NCBI GenBank assembly: GCA_030704615.1 | Contig: CM060732.1 | Coordinates: forward strand, 72,292,001 to 72,356,000 | Direction of reading: 5' to 3' | Length of the DNA: 64,000 nt | Source: Takakia lepidozioides | Lineage: Eukaryota; Plantae; Bryophyta | Shown: positions 62,630 through 64,000 of the stretch, one piece after another | How the letters are laid out: every line of letters begins with the position of its first letter | Numbering within the stretch: the stretch's first letter is position 1 | Program-made: the position numbers and the translations under genes | Notes under the pieces: generated by a model | Told to the model about the DNA's origin: nothing | Databases searched by the model: none | The model's input: the letters and a program-made list of their open reading frames with translations, nothing else

Positions 62630-63000
62630 CTATATGTATGAATCCATCTCACAAACCTTCCTGACTCTTCTCATATCCATTGTGCATTCATCTACACTGT
62701 ATTCATGCGTGCTCCATTCATGAAAGCTTCCTTTGTACAACATCCATTGTACATTCATCCTCTGTACTCTTTAATCCACCCCACAAACCTTCCACACTCA
62801 TTTCATATACTTTGTGCATTCGTCAAAAGATTTGGTCATGCATCTTCCTGTCATGAATTTTTGTCATTGCTCAACATCCATTATACATTCATCCATTTTA
62901 CTCTTATCCATCCGTCATTCATCCATCTACATAGATTTTTCAAACTCATCCATCTGTTTATCATCCAACTGTACATTCATCCATCATTTATTCAATGCCT
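62630..63000. repeat. Low-complexity CATTCATC(C)-rich repeats in the right subterminal region
   Basis: Multiple ACATTCATCC / TCATCCATC motifs. Confidence 0.7.
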
Positions 63001-63215
63001 TTTATTATGTCGTCCAGCTTGTTTCCGCGGTAAAGGGTGCCAATCCGCGGGAATACACTCCACTTCTTTCTGGGTGCGTGGTGACTCGGCCTCCACGTGT
63101 GATGACGTGGACTGAGCCCGTGACGTGGCATTTGCGCAAGGTGACGTGGCGTGAGCGCAGTCGCGCTCACGCGCTCACGTGACCAGGCTCACGCGCTCAC
63201 GTGACCAGGCTCACG

Positions 63216-64000
63216 CCGAGGCATCCCTGGACACCGAAGCTGAAACAATTCGCGTGCGCTATGGGCCAGGAAAGGATTTTGCTCACTTCCCTTTGCACAC
63301 CATAAATTATAATGAGCCTGCAGTTACCAGAACAGCCTACCATAGAGAGGTCGAGAGTGGAGTGAGGTATGCAAGCAGTACGTCAGCAGGTAATGTCTTA
63401 ACCCTGACGTCAGATGAACAGTACCTAGGCTTGTGGGAGAAGGAGAGAAAGCCAGAGGAAGAGTATGAGGATACGGAGGAAGGATCCTCAGGTTCTGACA
63501 CCTCTAAATCTGATGAAGATGAGGAGATGGGAGGTTCTGAGGAGAGTAAGGAGGTAGATACAGCACTGAGGGATGTCGAGGAAATAATAGATGATGTCAA
63601 CCTAGGGGAGGACTTGTTCGAGGACCAAGGGATGTCTGAACTCCTTCAGGAAGAGACCCATAGGAGCATGGCTGCTGCTATAATACAGGAAGCTTATCAG
63701 AAGGCTTGGAATGGTGAACTAGGGAACAACAACCTAGAAATAGAGGATGACTTCCATGATTGGAATCAGGTTGTCACACAAGAGGAAGGACAGAGAATAG
63801 CTAACTTTGTAAGCCAGGTAGAGGGAAAGAGTTGGGAACCCAGTCAAGAGGAAGAAATGGAGAGTCGTTGGAGAAGTCTGAAATCTAGACTGCACATCAA
63901 CCCAGAACTGGCCCCAGAACATAGGATAGAGCTGGAGCAAGAGCTGAAAGCAAACCAGGAATGTTTTGCTCTTAGCAAGGCTGACTTGGGATATTGCAGT
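63216..64000 (+). mobile_element. Second Ty3/Gypsy pol fragment (end of aspartic protease, acidic linker, pre-RT region), running off the window
   Basis: Uninterrupted frame ASLDTEAETIRVRYGPGKDFAHFPL...(Glu/Asp-rich)...LHINPELAPEHRIELEQELKANQECFALSKADLGYCS, the usual protease C-terminus and RT-preceding pattern. It is absent from the ORF track because it has no stop in the window. Confidence 0.7.

Larger units (their letters stand above)
48066..63215. mobile_element. Large composite DNA transposon (Mutator-like, GCM-type) carrying a ParB-MTase cargo gene; interrupted by a hAT element
   Basis: The left junction cuts Gypsy RNase H at TTATAA, then GCGTCAC(GTCC)n and CACGTCA motifs follow. The right subterminal region has the inverse TGACGTG motifs (63103-63148). 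Internal genes: transposase (-) and ParB-MTase (+). No long TIR or TSD was confirmed, so treating both ends as one element is inference. Confidence 0.55.

Noticed and set aside
63307-63312. TTATAA as a right-hand TSD matching 48060-48065
   Set aside because: It lies inside the open Gypsy protease-linker frame that begins at ~63216, so it is flank sequence and not an element boundary.

Overview
Intron-rich nuclear DNA from a land plant. The genes and transposon types point to a bryophyte or lycophyte; this is inference. The left ~31 kb is a compact housekeeping cluster: small TIR elements and a SINE, tRNA-Leu(AAG), a BRE1/HUB1-type RING E3 ligase (-) head-to-head with an SDG40-type SET methyltransferase (+), then AAR3/DCN1-like (+). 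Two copies of one LINE family sit in introns of these genes. At 32.5-40.3 kb, nested hAT MITEs and a duplicated promoter precede a secreted Hedgehog-type Hog (Hint+SRR) autoprocessing gene with an unrecognised N-terminal domain. The region 45-64 kb is a transposon nest. A Ty3/Gypsy remnant whose integrase ends in a PHD finger is interrupted by a ~15-kb DNA element. That element carries (i) a GCM-type zinc-finger + Mutator-like DDE transposase and (ii) a divergently transcribed multi-exon gene fusing a ParB/Srx-like domain to a beta-class N4-cytosine/N6-adenine DNA methyltransferase-like domain. Two introns of the fusion gene hold 11 copies of a 20-bp palindrome (GAATGTCGT-TG-ACGACATTC). A hAT element is nested inside, and a second Gypsy runs off the right edge. 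The transposase + ParB-MTase + palindrome-array module is the best candidate for an undescribed system, although this copy is frameshifted. The Hog protein is the second-best candidate. All domain calls come from motif recognition by eye; no searches were run.
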